32,000 bases of DNA from Pseudomonas aeruginosa (GCF_001457615.1 NZ_LN831024.1:5370001-5402000), one strand, 5' to 3'. Positions 1 through 17,372 are shown, counted from the stretch's first letter. The notes: generated from the letters alone by a model not told the origin. Numbers and translations are program-made.

Positions 1-222
1 GGTGTACTCGCCGCTGATCGGGTCTTCGACGTCGAGAATACCGCTGACCTGCCGACTGACGGCTTCACAGTCATCGATGAGGATGCCTTCGGGGCGGTCG
101 ATATAGACGCGCAACACCGAATGACGACCCTGGGAAATGAACTCGACGCCCCAGCACTCATAGCCGAGCGCCTCGACCACAGGGGCCAGCAAGGCCTGCA
201 ACTGTTCTAGCTTGCTCGACAC
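1..222 (-). CDS. rimP: Ribosome maturation factor RimP, N-terminal 74 codons (gene continues past the window start)
   Basis: The reverse-strand frame is open from the window edge to a GTG at 220-222. It translates to [74 protein letters not shown], a RimP/YhbC-type N-terminus as I remember it. It lies downstream of an initiator tRNA, as in the metY-rimP-nusA-infB operon. It is absent from the ORF track because it is truncated. Confidence 0.85.
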   Translation of the reverse strand, partial: MSSKLEQLQALLAPVVEALGYECWGVEFISQGRHSVLRVYIDRPEGILIDDCEAVSRQVSGILDVEDPISGEYT

Positions 223-246
223 CTGATCGCCTCGCGTATGTCGTAG

Positions 247-272
247 AAACAAAAAATGGGCGAAACGCCCAT
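247..272 (-). terminator. Intrinsic-terminator-like hairpin, the rimP-proximal of two in the tRNA-fMet/rimP leader
   Basis: The reverse strand reads ATGGGCG-TTT-CGCCCAT (stem 256-262 / 266-272), followed by TTTTTGTTT. Confidence 0.55.
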
Positions 273-314
273 CCCTAAATTGCCACTCGGAACCGTGGCA
301 TGGACTGTCCAGCT

Positions 315-340
315 AACAAAAAGCCCCTAAAAAGGGGCCC
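315..340 (-). terminator. Intrinsic-terminator-like hairpin immediately downstream of tRNA-fMet
   Basis: The reverse strand reads GCCCCT-TTTT-AGGGGC (stem 323-328 / 333-338), followed by TTTTTGTT. Confidence 0.55.
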
Positions 341-348
341 TGAAAAAC

Positions 349-425
<77 letters not shown>

Positions 426-487
426 TCAAAGCTGGTGCAAGATTATACGACCGACACCCTGATGGGTCAACCGAACCTTGCAGAGAC

Positions 488-508
488 AAACCCCGCAGGA
501 CGGGGCTT
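488..508 (-). terminator. Weak hairpin downstream of tRNA-Leu
   Basis: The reverse strand reads CCCCG-TCCTG-CGGGG followed by TTTG. The stem is only 5 bp and the U-tract is short. Confidence 0.3.
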
Positions 509-515
509 GCTTATA

Positions 516-601
516 TGGTACCGAGGAGGGGACTCGAACCCCTACAGCCTATGGCCACTACCACCTCAAGGTAGCGTGTCTACCAATTCCACCACCTCGG
601 C
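516..601 (-). tRNA. tRNA-Leu (anticodon GAG)
   Basis: The reverse complement is GCCGAGGTGGTGGAATTGGTAGACACGCTACCTTGAGGTGGTAGTGGCCATAGGCTGTAGGGGTTCGAGTCCCCTCCTCGGTACCA (86 nt). It has a long variable arm and the anticodon loop TTGAGGT. It sits directly downstream of secG, as E. coli leuU does. Confidence 0.93.
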
Positions 602-614
602 AGAAACCTTTCTC

Positions 615-1004
615 TTACTTCTGTTCAGGAGCCGCCGGTACATCGCCTGCACTTTCCGCAGGCTTGGACTGCTCCTGAAGAACCGGCACATCGTCAGCGG
701 CCGGTGCTTTCTCTTGCTTCTGCTCCAGAACTGCCGGATCCGGCAGCCCGATGTGTTGCAGAGCATCAGACTTTTCTTTAGCGAAGTACGCTAAGCCAAG
801 GCTGGTCAAGAAAAAAACCGCTGCCAGTATACCAGTAATCCGACTCAAAAAGGTAGCGGAACCTTGGCTTCCGAAAACAGTTGCCGAAGCACCTGCACCG
901 AAAGAAGCCCCTGCATCCGCACCCTTGCCATGCTGAACGAGGATCAGGCCAACAAGACCCAATGCCATCAGCAGGTGCACGACAATTACGACCTTTTCCA
1001 GCAT
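615..1004 (-). CDS. secG: Preprotein translocase subunit SecG
   Basis: This is the 129-aa ORF in the track. It has two hydrophobic segments flanking [23 protein letters not shown], which is typical of SecG. The tpiA-secG-tRNA-Leu synteny is conserved, and the ATG lies 2 nt after the tpiA stop. Confidence 0.9.
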   Translation of the reverse strand: MLEKVVIVVHLLMALGLVGLILVQHGKGADAGASFGAGASATVFGSQGSATFLSRITGILAAVFFLTSLGLAYFAKEKSDALQHIGLPDPAVLEQKQEKAPAADDVPVLQEQSKPAESAGDVPAAPEQK

Positions 1005-1006
1005 CT

Positions 1007-1762
1007 TCAGCTTCCCGCGGCACGACAGATCGCGCCGAACTCATCCGCATTGAGGGAGGCTCCACCTACCAGCCCCCCATCGATATCCGGCATGCCGAAC
1101 AACTCGGCTGCACTTGCCGCCTTTACACTGCCGCCGTAAAGGAGTCGCACACCTTTTGCGACCTCGGCATTTTCCGCTGCCAGTTGCGCGCGGATCGCCG
1201 CGTGCACTTCCTGGGCTTGCGCGGGGGACGCGGTCAACCCGGTCCCGATCGCCCAGACCGGCTCGTAAGCCACGACTGCGCGAGCAAAAGCTCCAACACC
1301 CAACTCGTCGATCACGCTTCCCAGCTGCCTTGCGACAACCTCCAGCGTCTTGCCCGCCTCGCGCTCCGCCCGGGTCTCCCCGACACACAGCACCGGCACC
1401 AGGCCGCACGACTGAGCCGCGGCAAACTTGCGACTCACAACCTCGTCACTCTCGCCGAGAATCAGGCGACGCTCCGAGTGGCCCACGAGGACCATGCTAC
1501 AACCGACATCCGCCAACTGACTGGGAGCAGTCTCACCGGTCAGCGCGCCTTGCATCGGCTCGACGGCGCTGTTCTGCGCACCTACATCGATCGCCTTGCC
1601 GGCCAGGCCCTGGATGACCTGACTGATGAACAAGCAAGGTGGCATCACAGCTACATCGACTCCGCTCGGCAACGCCAGCTGACGCAAGCCTTTGATCAAC
1701 TCGGCCACACTGGAATGCGTACCGTGCATTTTCCAGTTACCGGCCACCAAGGGTCGACGCAT
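1007..1762 (-). CDS. tpiA: Triose-phosphate isomerase
   Basis: This is a 251-aa ORF carrying the TIM motifs AGNWKMHG and [16 protein letters not shown] lies upstream of the ATG. Confidence 0.95.
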   Translation of the reverse strand: MRRPLVAGNWKMHGTHSSVAELIKGLRQLALPSGVDVAVMPPCLFISQVIQGLAGKAIDVGAQNSAVEPMQGALTGETAPSQLADVGCSMVLVGHSERRLILGESDEVVSRKFAAAQSCGLVPVLCVGETRAEREAGKTLEVVARQLGSVIDELGVGAFARAVVAYEPVWAIGTGLTASPAQAQEVHAAIRAQLAAENAEVAKGVRLLYGGSVKAASAAELFGMPDIDGGLVGGASLNADEFGAICRAAGS

Positions 1763-1827
1763 GCTGTACCTCGCGGGGCAAAGTGGGCGCAGATGTTACT
1801 CAACAGTTTCCAGACTGGCAAGCAAAA

Positions 1828-3165
1828 TCAAGCACATACCTCAGAAACAATTTTTGCCAGCTGTTCGGCGTGGGCACGAACGCTAGCTTCCTCGTCGCCC
1901 TCGACCATCACCCGGACCAACGGCTCTGTGCCGGATTTGCGCAGCAGGACACGGCCGCGCCCGCCCATTTGCTCGGTGACGCGGACGCTGGCCTCCTTCA
2001 CCGACGGGTGCTCGAGCGGATCGCTTTCGCCCTTGAAGCGCACATTGATCAGCACCTGGGGGCACTTGCGAATCCCCTGGCGCGCCTCGGCCAGGGTCTG
2101 GCCGCGATGCTTGAGCGCCATCAGCACCTGTAGCGCCGCGATGATGGCATCGCCCGTCGTGGTGTTCTGGCAGCAGACGATATGTCCCGAATTCTCCCCT
2201 CCCAGCATCCAGTTCCGAGCCAGCAGTTCGGCCATCACATAGCGATCGCCGACCTTCGCCCGCACGAACGGGATATGCAGCTCCTGCAAAGCCAGCTCCA
2301 GGCCGAGGTTGCTCATCAGGGTGCCGACCACACCGCCTTGCAGGCGCCCGCTTTCCTGCAGGTCGCGCGCGATGAGGAAAAGCAGTTCGTCGCCATCCAC
2401 GACCGCACCGGTATGGTCGACCATCATCACCCGGTCGCCGTCGCCGTCGAAGGCGATGCCGAGGTCGGCATGGTGCTCGACCACCGCAGCCTGCAGGCCA
2501 TCCAGGTGAGTGGAACCGCACTTGTCGTTGATGTTCAGGCCATTCGGGCTGGCCGCCAGCACCGTCACTTCCGCGCCCAGTTCCCGGAAGACGCTGGGAG
2601 CGATCTTGTAGGTAGCGCCGTTGGCGCAGTCGAGCACGACCTTGAGACCGTTGAAGTCGGTGCTGGTCGGCACGCTGCTCTTACAGAATTCGATGTAGCG
2701 CCCCGCCGCGTCATTGATCCGCGAAACCTTGCCGAGACGGGCGGACTCCACCACGGTCATCGGCGCATCGAGCAGTTCCTCGATCATCAGCTCGACGTCA
2801 TCCGGCAGCTTGGTCCCCTGCCCGGAGAAGAACTTGATGCCGTTGTCGTCGTGGGGATTGTGCGAAGCGCTGATCACCACCCCGGCCTCGGCGTGGAAAG
2901 TCCGCGTCAGGTAGGCGATGCCGGGGGTAGGCATCGGTCCCAGCAACAGGGTATCGGCGCCGGAAGCGGAGAGCCCCGCCTCGAAGGCCGACTCGAACAT
3001 GTAACCCGAGCTGCGCGTGTCCTTGCCGATCAGGACCCGGCAGTTGCCCTGCCGGCGGAAGGCCATGCCCACCGCCCAGCCCAGCTTGAGAACGAAGTCC
3101 GGAGTAATCGGAAACTCGCCAACACGACCACGGATACCGTCAGTCCCGAAGTATTTTCTGCTCAT
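1828..3165 (-). CDS. glmM: Phosphoglucosamine mutase
   Basis: The ORF carries the phosphoserine loop [10 protein letters not shown] and the Mg site FDGDGDR. I place the start at the ATG at 3165 ([13 protein letters not shown], 445 aa), preceded by GGAAG. The 11-codon extension in the track would overlap the folP stop. Confidence 0.93.
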   Translation of the reverse strand: MSRKYFGTDGIRGRVGEFPITPDFVLKLGWAVGMAFRRQGNCRVLIGKDTRSSGYMFESAFEAGLSASGADTLLLGPMPTPGIAYLTRTFHAEAGVVISASHNPHDDNGIKFFSGQGTKLPDDVELMIEELLDAPMTVVESARLGKVSRINDAAGRYIEFCKSSVPTSTDFNGLKVVLDCANGATYKIAPSVFRELGAEVTVLAASPNGLNINDKCGSTHLDGLQAAVVEHHADLGIAFDGDGDRVMMVDHTGAVVDGDELLFLIARDLQESGRLQGGVVGTLMSNLGLELALQELHIPFVRAKVGDRYVMAELLARNWMLGGENSGHIVCCQNTTTGDAIIAALQVLMALKHRGQTLAEARQGIRKCPQVLINVRFKGESDPLEHPSVKEASVRVTEQMGGRGRVLLRKSGTEPLVRVMVEGDEEASVRAHAEQLAKIVSEVCA

Positions 3166-3181
3166 CTTTTGTCTTCCGTGC

Positions 3182-4033
3182 TCAATCCGCCATTTCAACG
3201 GCGGAGATCATTCGCATCACGTCGACGGTCGCCGCCACGTCATGCACTCGAATTATCCGTGCGCCCTTGGCCAGCGCCAGGGCCGCCAGAGCTAGGCTGC
3301 CGTAGAGGCGTTCGTCCACCTCCCGCCCCAGTACCTTGCCGATCATGCTCTTGCGCGAAACGCCGACCAACAACGGCAAGCCCAGGCCATGGAGTGCCTG
3401 CAGATGCCTGAACAGCACCAGGTTGTGCTCCAGTGTCTTGGCGAAACCGAAACCCGGATCCAGCAACAGCCGCTCGCGGTCGATTCCGGCCGCCACGCAG
3501 GCATTCACACGCTCCTGCAGGAACGCGCCGACTTCCGCCACCACATCCTGGTAGGCAGGCGCATCCTGCATGGTCTGCGGTTCTCCACGCATGTGCATGA
3601 GGCAGACCGCCAGGCCGCTATCCACCGCAGCATCCAGCGCACCGTCGCGCTGCAGCGAACGGACGTCGTTGATCAGACCCGCTCCGAGACGCGCAGTTTC
3701 GCGCATGACCGCGGGCGTGGAGGTATCCACCGAAATCACGACGTCCAGCTCGCGAGCGATGCGTTCGACTACCGGAGCGACCCGCTCCAGCTCCTCCGTC
3801 GGAGAAACGCTGCGCGCACCGGGACGGGTCGACTCGCCGCCGACGTCGATGAGCGTTGCGCCTTCCCGCACCATGCGCTCGGCATGCCGCAGGGCATCGT
3901 CCAGCCGGTCGTAACGGCCGCCATCGGAAAAGGAATCGGGGGTGACATTGAGGATGCCCATGACATGTGGGCGGGCCAAATCAAGAACCCGACTGCCGCA
4001 AGGCAGTCGGGTCGGGTATTGCGGATTGCTCAT
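3182..4033 (-). CDS. folP: Dihydropteroate synthase
   Basis: This is a 283-aa ORF with the pterin-binding signature [15 protein letters not shown]. The ftsH-folP-glmM synteny is conserved. Confidence 0.93.
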   Translation of the reverse strand: MSNPQYPTRLPCGSRVLDLARPHVMGILNVTPDSFSDGGRYDRLDDALRHAERMVREGATLIDVGGESTRPGARSVSPTEELERVAPVVERIARELDVVISVDTSTPAVMRETARLGAGLINDVRSLQRDGALDAAVDSGLAVCLMHMRGEPQTMQDAPAYQDVVAEVGAFLQERVNACVAAGIDRERLLLDPGFGFAKTLEHNLVLFRHLQALHGLGLPLLVGVSRKSMIGKVLGREVDERLYGSLALAALALAKGARIIRVHDVAATVDVMRMISAVEMAD

Positions 4034-4042
4034 TCAGGGCTC

Positions 4043-5971
<1,929 letters not shown>

Positions 5972-6160
5972 TTGACTACCCTCTGAAGCCGGCTCCGTCC
6001 TGGAAACCGCTTCACACGACGGCCAGACTCCTTCCGGCCAAAAGTACTACACAAGCGCCCGCGCACGCAGGCGTTGTCTGTAACCCTTTATGAACCCTCG
6101 CCCGTCCCGGCACAACAGGTCATCGACCAATAGACAGGCTATAGGGTCAATCATTCCAGT

Positions 6161-6784
6161 CTATTCCCCGCGAAAGCCGCGTGCGAGCAGATACTGTTCC
6201 CGCGAACGATCACGCGACGACAGGGGCTTGCGCATCTGTACCTTGTCGAACATTTCCCGGGCCTGCTTGTGGTACTGGTCGAAACCTTCGCCCTGGAAGA
6301 TCTTGATCAGGAAATCGCCGCCCGGCCGCAGCACACGGCCGGCCAGGTCCAGCGCCAGTTCGCAGAGATACATGGCGCGCGGCTGGTCGGCGGCCCGCAC
6401 TCCACTCATATTGGGGGCCATATCGGAAATCACAAGGTCTACCGGATGGTCGCCGATCGCCTCGAGGATCCGCGCGAACACCGCGTCCTCGGTGAAGTCG
6501 CCCTGGATGAAGGTGACGTCGGGGATGCTGTCCATCTCGAGGATGTCCGAAGCGATCAGCCGGCCGCGGTCGCCGATCACCCGGCTGGTGACCTGCGACC
6601 ACCCGCCCGGCGCGGCGCCCAGGTCGACCACGGTCATGCCCGGACGCAGGATGCGGTCCTTCTCCTGGATCTCCAGCAGCTTGTAGCTGGCGCGCGAGCG
6701 ATAGCCATCGCGCTGGGCCATCTTCACGTAGGGATCGTCGAAATGTTCTTTCAGCCAACGCTGGCTGGTTTTGGAGCGGGCCAC
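6161..6784 (-). CDS. rlmE: 23S rRNA (uridine2552-2'-O)-methyltransferase RlmE/FtsJ
   Basis: It carries the SAM motif [10 protein letters not shown] place the start at the GTG at 6784 ([20 protein letters not shown], 207 aa), aligned to known RlmE N-termini. The 35-codon upstream extension in the track would run into the yhbY promoter and start. Confidence 0.9.
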
Positions 6785-6837
6785 GGAATACCTCTTCGGG
6801 CACCCCCGGTCGGCGGGGGCAGCATCACTTGGACTAA

Positions 6838-6868
6838 AACTGGGGTAAAATAGACGACTTTTTCCCAG
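6838..6868 (-). promoter_or_regulatory. Candidate sigma-32-like promoter for rlmE-ftsH
   Basis: The reverse strand reads CCTGGGAAA-N15-CCCCAGTT, compared with the consensus CTTGAAA-N13-17-CCCCATNT. E. coli rlmE-ftsH is a heat-shock operon. The match is imperfect. Confidence 0.3.
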
Positions 6869-6878
6869 GGGTCTGATT

Positions 6879-7193
6879 ATGGCGCTCACTCAAGAGCAGA
6901 AGAAACAGTTCAAATCTATCGGTCACCACCTGAAACCGGTATTGATCGTAGCCGAGAACGGCTTGACCGAAGGCGTTCTCGCCGAACTCGAGCGCGCACT
7001 CAACGATCACGAACTGATCAAGGTGAAACTGGCGCTGGCCGAGCGCGACGATCGCCGCGCCCTGCTCGACGAACTCTGCGCGCAGTCGCGCAGCGACCTG
7101 GTGCAAAGCATCGGCAAGATGGCGCTGGTCTATCGGAAGAACCCGAAGCCGAACAAGAATCTCTCGAACATCAGCCGTTTCGCCGGCATCTGA
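6879..7193 (+). CDS. yhbY: CRM-domain RNA-binding protein YhbY (ribosome assembly)
   Basis: This is a 104-aa ORF, divergent from rlmE as in E. coli. The sequence [36 protein letters not shown] is typical of YhbY. Confidence 0.88.
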   Translation: MALTQEQKKQFKSIGHHLKPVLIVAENGLTEGVLAELERALNDHELIKVKLALAERDDRRALLDELCAQSRSDLVQSIGKMALVYRKNPKPNKNLSNISRFAGI

Positions 7194-7203
7194 TGCCCCA
7201 TCC

Positions 7204-7235
7204 AACCAAGGTCGGGAAACTTCCCGACCTGGTTC
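7204..7235. terminator. Hairpin between the convergent yhbY and small membrane protein genes
   Basis: AGGTCGGG-AAACTT-CCCGACCT (7209-7230), with extra flanking pairing. It lies between two convergent stop codons. Confidence 0.5.
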
Positions 7236-7641
7236 AGACGCCTTCCTCGTCCCGCCCCGGTACCGGCTGCAACACCAGCAGCAGGCCACACATCGCCACC
7301 GCCAGGTAGTTGAACAGCAGCCAGCGCACCGCCTCGGGCGCCAGCCCACGCACCAGGAAATACACCAGGCAGAGCAGCGCGACGGCGAGCAACAACTGAC
7401 CGCGAAGGTCTCGCCAGAGGCTCCTCGGCCCGTGGCTCGACACCAACACCAGCGCCTGCAGCACCGCACAGAATCCGGCGAAGCCGATCAGCAGCGGCGT
7501 CAACGCCGCGGCTACGGTTTCCACCAGCAACGGCGCCAGTCCGGTCTTGGCCAACGCAGGCAGGACCACGAACTGCAGCAACCAGAGGCCGCCGACCCAG
7601 AACGTCTGGGCCAGCAGCCAACTGATCGCGCCTGCGCGCAA
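7234..7641 (-). CDS. Small integral membrane protein of unknown function (about four hydrophobic segments; PA4754-like)
   Basis: This 135-codon ORF has strongly G/C-biased third positions and hydrophobic helices. It begins 10 nt after the greA stop. The first codon is TTG with no clear SD, so the start is uncertain. Confidence 0.55.
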   Translation of the reverse strand: MRAGAISWLLAQTFWVGGLWLLQFVVLPALAKTGLAPLLVETVAAALTPLLIGFAGFCAVLQALVLVSSHGPRSLWRDLRGQLLLAVALLCLVYFLVRGLAPEAVRWLLFNYLAVAMCGLLLVLQPVPGRDEEGV

Positions 7642-7651
7642 CGGAGCGCGC

Positions 7652-8124
7652 TTAGATATGGCGAACCTCGACGATCTCGTACTCGACGTCGCCGCCCGGG
7701 GTTCTCACCAGCACGGCATCGCCCTCGGTCTTGCCGATCAGCGCACGGGCGATCGGCGAATTCACCGAGATCTTGCCACCCTTGATATCCGCCTCGTCGT
7801 CGCCGACGATCTGGTAGGTCACGGTCTCGTCGGTCTCGACGTTGGCGATATCGACGGTGGTGCCGAAGATCACCTTGCCGCTGTGCGGGATGGCGGTGAC
7901 ATCGATGACCTGGGCGTTGGACAGCTTGGCCTCGATGTCGCGGATACGCGCCTCGACCATGCCCTGCTGTTCGCGCGCCGCATGGTACTCGGCGTTTTCC
8001 TTGAGGTCGCCCAGTTCACGCGCTTCGGCGATGGCCTGGCTGATCTGCGGGCGCAGCACGCCCTTCAGGTGTTTCACTTCTTCTTCCAGGGCGCGGGCGC
8101 CCTGGACGGTCATGGGGAACTTGC

Positions 8125-8128
<4 letters not shown>
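7652..8128 (-). CDS. greA: Transcription elongation factor GreA
   Basis: This is a 158-aa ORF with the GreA signature [17 protein letters not shown]. Its ATG overlaps the carB stop (ATGA). Confidence 0.95.
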
Positions 8129-11346
<3,218 letters not shown>

Positions 11347-11365
11347 GGGACTCTCGTTGCAATAA

Positions 11366-12016
11366 TCAGGACAGGGTTGCGGTGGCCAGCTTCACACCAA
11401 AGCCGACGAACAGGGCGCCGACGCCCGAAGTGGCGCCGGCAGCCAACCGTTGCCGCCGGCGGAACCAGGCCGCCAGCCGCACACCGGTGAAAATCAGGAA
11501 GCTCAGGTAAAGGGCGCTGACCAGTTCCAGGATCACCGCCAGCACCAGGAACGACAGGCCCGGATAGGCATAGCCGGGATCGACGAACTGGATGAAGAAG
11601 GAGATGAAGAACAGGATCGCCTTGGGATTCGACAGGCTGAGCAGCAGCGCCTTGCGGAACGGCTGGTGGACATCCACCTGTTCGGCCTGCGCCGCCGTCG
11701 CCTCGGGATTGCGCAGCTTGCGCCAGGCGCCCCGCAGCATGCCGACGCCGAGATAGAACAGGTAGGCCGCACCGAGGTACTTCAGGCCGATGAACAGCAT
11801 CGGCTCGGCCTTCAGCAGGGACGCCACGCCGAGGGCCGACAGCAGCATCAGCACCGCGTCTCCGAGGAACACGCCGCAGGCGGCCCGGTAGCCGGTCGCC
11901 ACGCCACGCTGGGCCGAAGTCGCGAGGACGAACAACGAGTTCGGTCCGGGCAACAGGATCACGAAAACCACACCCAGCACGTAGGTCCAGAAATCGGTTA
12001 TCCCCAGGGTCGGCAT
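11366..12016 (-). CDS. LysE/RhtB-family amino-acid efflux protein (LeuE/YeaS-like; PA4757-like)
   Basis: This is a 216-aa ORF. Its N-terminus, [23 protein letters not shown]...[24 protein letters not shown], closely resembles E. coli LeuE as I recall it. A GAGGAG SD overlaps the carA stop codon. Confidence 0.8.
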   Translation of the reverse strand: MPTLGITDFWTYVLGVVFVILLPGPNSLFVLATSAQRGVATGYRAACGVFLGDAVLMLLSALGVASLLKAEPMLFIGLKYLGAAYLFYLGVGMLRGAWRKLRNPEATAAQAEQVDVHQPFRKALLLSLSNPKAILFFISFFIQFVDPGYAYPGLSFLVLAVILELVSALYLSFLIFTGVRLAAWFRRRQRLAAGATSGVGALFVGFGVKLATATLS

Positions 12017-12027
12017 GGCTCTGCTCC

Positions 12028-13164
12028 TCAGCGACGCTCGGCCATCGCCGAGATGAAGCGGTCGAACAGCGGGGCGACGTCATGCGGACCGGGGCTCGCC
12101 TCGGGGTGGCCCTGGAAGCTGAAAGCGACCTTGTCGGTGCGCTCGATACCCTGCAGGGTACCGTCGAACAGCGACTTGTGAGTGGCTCGCAGGTTGTCCG
12201 GCAGGGTGCTCTCGTCGACCGCGAAACCGTGGTTCTGGCTGGTGATCATCACCACGCCGCTGTCCAGGTCCTGCACCGGGTGGTTGGCGCCGTGGTGCCC
12301 GTGGCCCATCTTCAGGGTCTTGGCGCCAGAGGCCAGGGCCAGCAACTGATGGCCGAGGCAGATGCCGAACACCGGGATCTCGGTATCGAGGAATTCGCGG
12401 ATCGCCTGGATCGCGTAGTCGCACGGTTCGGGGTCGCCGGGGCCGTTGGAAAGGAAGATGCCGTCAGGGTTCAGCGCCAGCACTTCGCTGGCCGGTGTCT
12501 GCGCCGGCACCACGGTCAGGCGGCAGCCGCGCGCCACCAGCATGCGTAGGATGTTCAGCTTCACGCCGTAGTCGTAGGCCACCACGTGATACGGCAGTTC
12601 ACCGGCCGGGATCTCCGGATGACTGTCGCTTTCCAGGTTCCAGACGCTGGAGCGCCACTCGTAGCGCTCGGCGGTGGTGACCTCCTTGGCCAGGTCCATG
12701 CCCTTCAGGCCGGGGAAGGCGCGAGCCAGCTCCAGCGCGCGTTCCTCGGTAGCGTCGGCACCGGCCAGGATGCAGCCGTTCTGCGAACCCTTCTCGCGGA
12801 GGATGCGGGTCAGGCGACGGGTATCGATGCCGGCGATGGCGACGGTGCCGTTGGCTTTCAGGTAGTCAGGCAGCGACTGCTTGCTGCGCCAGTTGCTGGC
12901 GATCAGCGGCAGGTCGCGGATGATCAGGCCGGCGGCCCAGACGCGGTTGGCCTCGGCGTCTTCCGGGGTGGTACCGGTATTGCCGATGTGCGGGTAGGTC
13001 AGGGTGACGATCTGCTGGGCGTAGGAAGGATCGGTAAGGATTTCCTGGTAGCCGGTCATGGCGGTGTTGAACACCACCTCGCCAACGGTCTGGCCGTCGG
13101 CACCGATGGCTTCACCGCGAAAAATGCTGCCGTCGGCAAGTGCAAGTATGGCTGGCTTAGTCAA
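12028..13164 (-). CDS. carA: Carbamoyl-phosphate synthase small (glutaminase) subunit
   Basis: It carries the catalytic GATase motif [10 protein letters not shown] place the start at the TTG at 13164 ([21 protein letters not shown], 378 codons), with GGGAGG 5 nt upstream. E. coli carA also uses UUG. The 20-codon extension in the track has no SD. Confidence 0.93.
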   Translation of the reverse strand: MTKPAILALADGSIFRGEAIGADGQTVGEVVFNTAMTGYQEILTDPSYAQQIVTLTYPHIGNTGTTPEDAEANRVWAAGLIIRDLPLIASNWRSKQSLPDYLKANGTVAIAGIDTRRLTRILREKGSQNGCILAGADATEERALELARAFPGLKGMDLAKEVTTAERYEWRSSVWNLESDSHPEIPAGELPYHVVAYDYGVKLNILRMLVARGCRLTVVPAQTPASEVLALNPDGIFLSNGPGDPEPCDYAIQAIREFLDTEIPVFGICLGHQLLALASGAKTLKMGHGHHGANHPVQDLDSGVVMITSQNHGFAVDESTLPDNLRATHKSLFDGTLQGIERTDKVAFSFQGHPEASPGPHDVAPLFDRFISAMAERR

Positions 13165-13205
13165 GAAGACCTCCCGTAAATCAAGCCTGACTGGTCGCGC
13201 AGGTG

Positions 13206-13249
13206 TAAAAAAGCGGGATGACACCGTGAAGAGTCATCCCGCTTTTTTT
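13206..13249. terminator. Symmetric intrinsic terminator between dapB and carA (dapB terminator and probable carA leader attenuator)
   Basis: AAAAAA-GCGGGATGAC-(10-nt loop)-GTCATCCCGC-TTTTTTT. The 10-bp stem is perfect (13213-13222 / 13233-13242), and there are U-tracts in both orientations. Confidence 0.8.
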
Positions 13250-13257
13250 CGATTCAT
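13234..13257 (-). other. Candidate 7-codon leader mini-ORF (MNRKKAG) overlapping the 5' arm of the terminator hairpin
   Basis: The reverse strand reads ATG AAT CGA AAA AAA GCG GGA TGA. The stop codon lies inside the hairpin arm. No strong SD is seen, so this is hypothetical. Confidence 0.25.
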
Positions 13258-13291
13258 GCTGCGCTGCTTTTAGTGGACACACTAAAGCTGT

Positions 13292-13320
13292 AGTTTACAG
13301 AATCGCGACATTCCGGTCCA
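13292..13320 (-). promoter_or_regulatory. Candidate carA promoter with an ArgR-type half-site in the spacer
   Basis: The reverse strand reads TGGACC-N17-TAAACT. The spacer contains TGTCGC-N8-AA (TGTCGC is the complement of 13305-13310), which matches the P. aeruginosa ArgR half-site pattern as I recall it. Confidence 0.3.
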
Positions 13321-13346
13321 CCAATAAGACGACGTGCGGCAGCGCC

Positions 13347-14186
<840 letters not shown>

Positions 14187-14209
14187 TCAGGCCGCGCCCA
14201 TGGCTTTGT

Positions 14210-15343
14210 TTATAGGTCGTCGAAGAAACGCTTCATGCCTTCGAACCAGCCACTGGCCTTGGGCGAATGCGAGGTGTCGCTCTGCAACGACTTGCGGAAC
14301 TCCTCGAGCAGCTCGCGCTGGCGCTTGTCCAGGTTCACCGGGGTTTCCACCACCACCTTGCACATCAGGTCGCCGGCGCCGCCGCCGCGCACCGGGGCCA
14401 CGCCCTTGCCGCGCAGGCGGAACAACTTGCCGGTCTGGGTGCTTTCCGGAATCTTCAGCTTGACCCGGCCATCCAGGGTCGGCACTTCCAGCTCGCCACC
14501 CAACGCAGCGTCGGCGAAACTGATCGGCACTTCGCAGTACAGATGCTTGCCGTCGCGCTGGAAGATCGGGTGCTCGCGCACATTGACCACCACGTACAGG
14601 TCGCCCGCCGGACCACCCATGCTGCCGGCCTCGCCTTCGCCGGTGAGGCGGATGCGGTCGCCGGTGTCGACGCCGGCCGGCACCTTCACCGACAGGGTCT
14701 TCTGCTCTTCCACGCGCCCCTGCCCATGGCAGGAGCCACAGGGATCGGAAATCATCTTGCCGGTGCCGTGGCAGCGCGGGCAGGTCTGCTGGACCGAGAA
14801 GAAGCCCTGCTGCATGCGCACCTGGCCGATACCGCCGCAAGTGGTGCAGGTGACCGGTGTGGTGCCGGGCTTGGCGCCGCTGCCGTTGCAGGTCTTGCAA
14901 CCGACCAGGGTCGGCACGCGGATGGTGACGGTGGTGCCACGTACCGCCTCCTCCAGGTCGAGGTCCAGGGTGTAGCGCAGGTCCGCGCCGCGCTGCGCGC
15001 CGCCGCGCGAGCCACCGCGGGCACCGCCGCCACCGAAGAAATCGCTGAACACATCGCCGAAGATGTCGGAGAAGCTCGCCCCGCCGAAACCGGCGCCAGC
15101 GCCCCCACCCATATTCGGATCGACGCCGGCATGGCCGTACTGGTCGTAGGCCGCCCGCTTGCTGGCATCGGAGAGGACCTCGTAGGCCTCGTTGGCCTCC
15201 TTGAACTTGTCCTCGGCTTCCTTGTCGCCAGGATTGCGGTCCGGGTGGTATTTCATCGCCAGGCGGCGGTAGGCCTTCTTCAGGTCCGCCTCGCTGGCGC
15301 CACGCTCAACCCCCAGAACCTCGTAAAAGTCTCGTTTCGCCAT
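14210..15343 (-). CDS. dnaJ: Molecular chaperone DnaJ
   Basis: This 377-aa ORF has a J domain with HPD, a G/F-rich linker and four CxxCxGxG zinc-finger repeats ([32 protein letters not shown]). Confidence 0.97.
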   Translation of the reverse strand: MAKRDFYEVLGVERGASEADLKKAYRRLAMKYHPDRNPGDKEAEDKFKEANEAYEVLSDASKRAAYDQYGHAGVDPNMGGGAGAGFGGASFSDIFGDVFSDFFGGGGARGGSRGGAQRGADLRYTLDLDLEEAVRGTTVTIRVPTLVGCKTCNGSGAKPGTTPVTCTTCGGIGQVRMQQGFFSVQQTCPRCHGTGKMISDPCGSCHGQGRVEEQKTLSVKVPAGVDTGDRIRLTGEGEAGSMGGPAGDLYVVVNVREHPIFQRDGKHLYCEVPISFADAALGGELEVPTLDGRVKLKIPESTQTGKLFRLRGKGVAPVRGGGAGDLMCKVVVETPVNLDKRQRELLEEFRKSLQSDTSHSPKASGWFEGMKRFFDDL

Positions 15344-15382
15344 AACCTTTCCGTCTCAATTAAGGACCCTCCAGACACGCCA

Positions 15383-15437
15383 ACGCGGGAGCAGGCTCCC
15401 GCGTGGCGGATCATGCGTACCGGCCTGGCCGGCACGC
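15383..15437 (-). other. Two adjacent GC-rich stem-loops in the dnaK-dnaJ intercistronic region
   Basis: On the reverse strand, GCGTGCCGGCC-A-GGCCGGTACGC (15415-15437) forms about 9-10 bp. CGCGGGAG-CCTG-CTCCCGCG (15384-15403) forms 8 bp. Neither has a U-tract. Confidence 0.45.
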
Positions 15438-15458
15438 GGGGCAGAAGCAAGCCGGGGC

Positions 15459-17372
<1,914 letters not shown>

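Noticed and set aside
881-3411. 453-aa and 409-aa plus-strand ORFs over secG, tpiA, glmM and folP. Similar ORFs lie at 13458-14975 and 14267-15475 over dapB and dnaJ.
   Set aside because: All are antisense to well-supported housekeeping genes and have no independent evidence.
7130-7785. Competing ORFs (163 aa minus strand, 117 aa plus strand) around the small membrane protein gene.
   Set aside because: They have poorer codon bias and Arg/Gly/Ala-rich sequences. They overlap the yhbY 3' end or greA. The 7234-7641 frame is the only one that yields regular hydrophobic helices.
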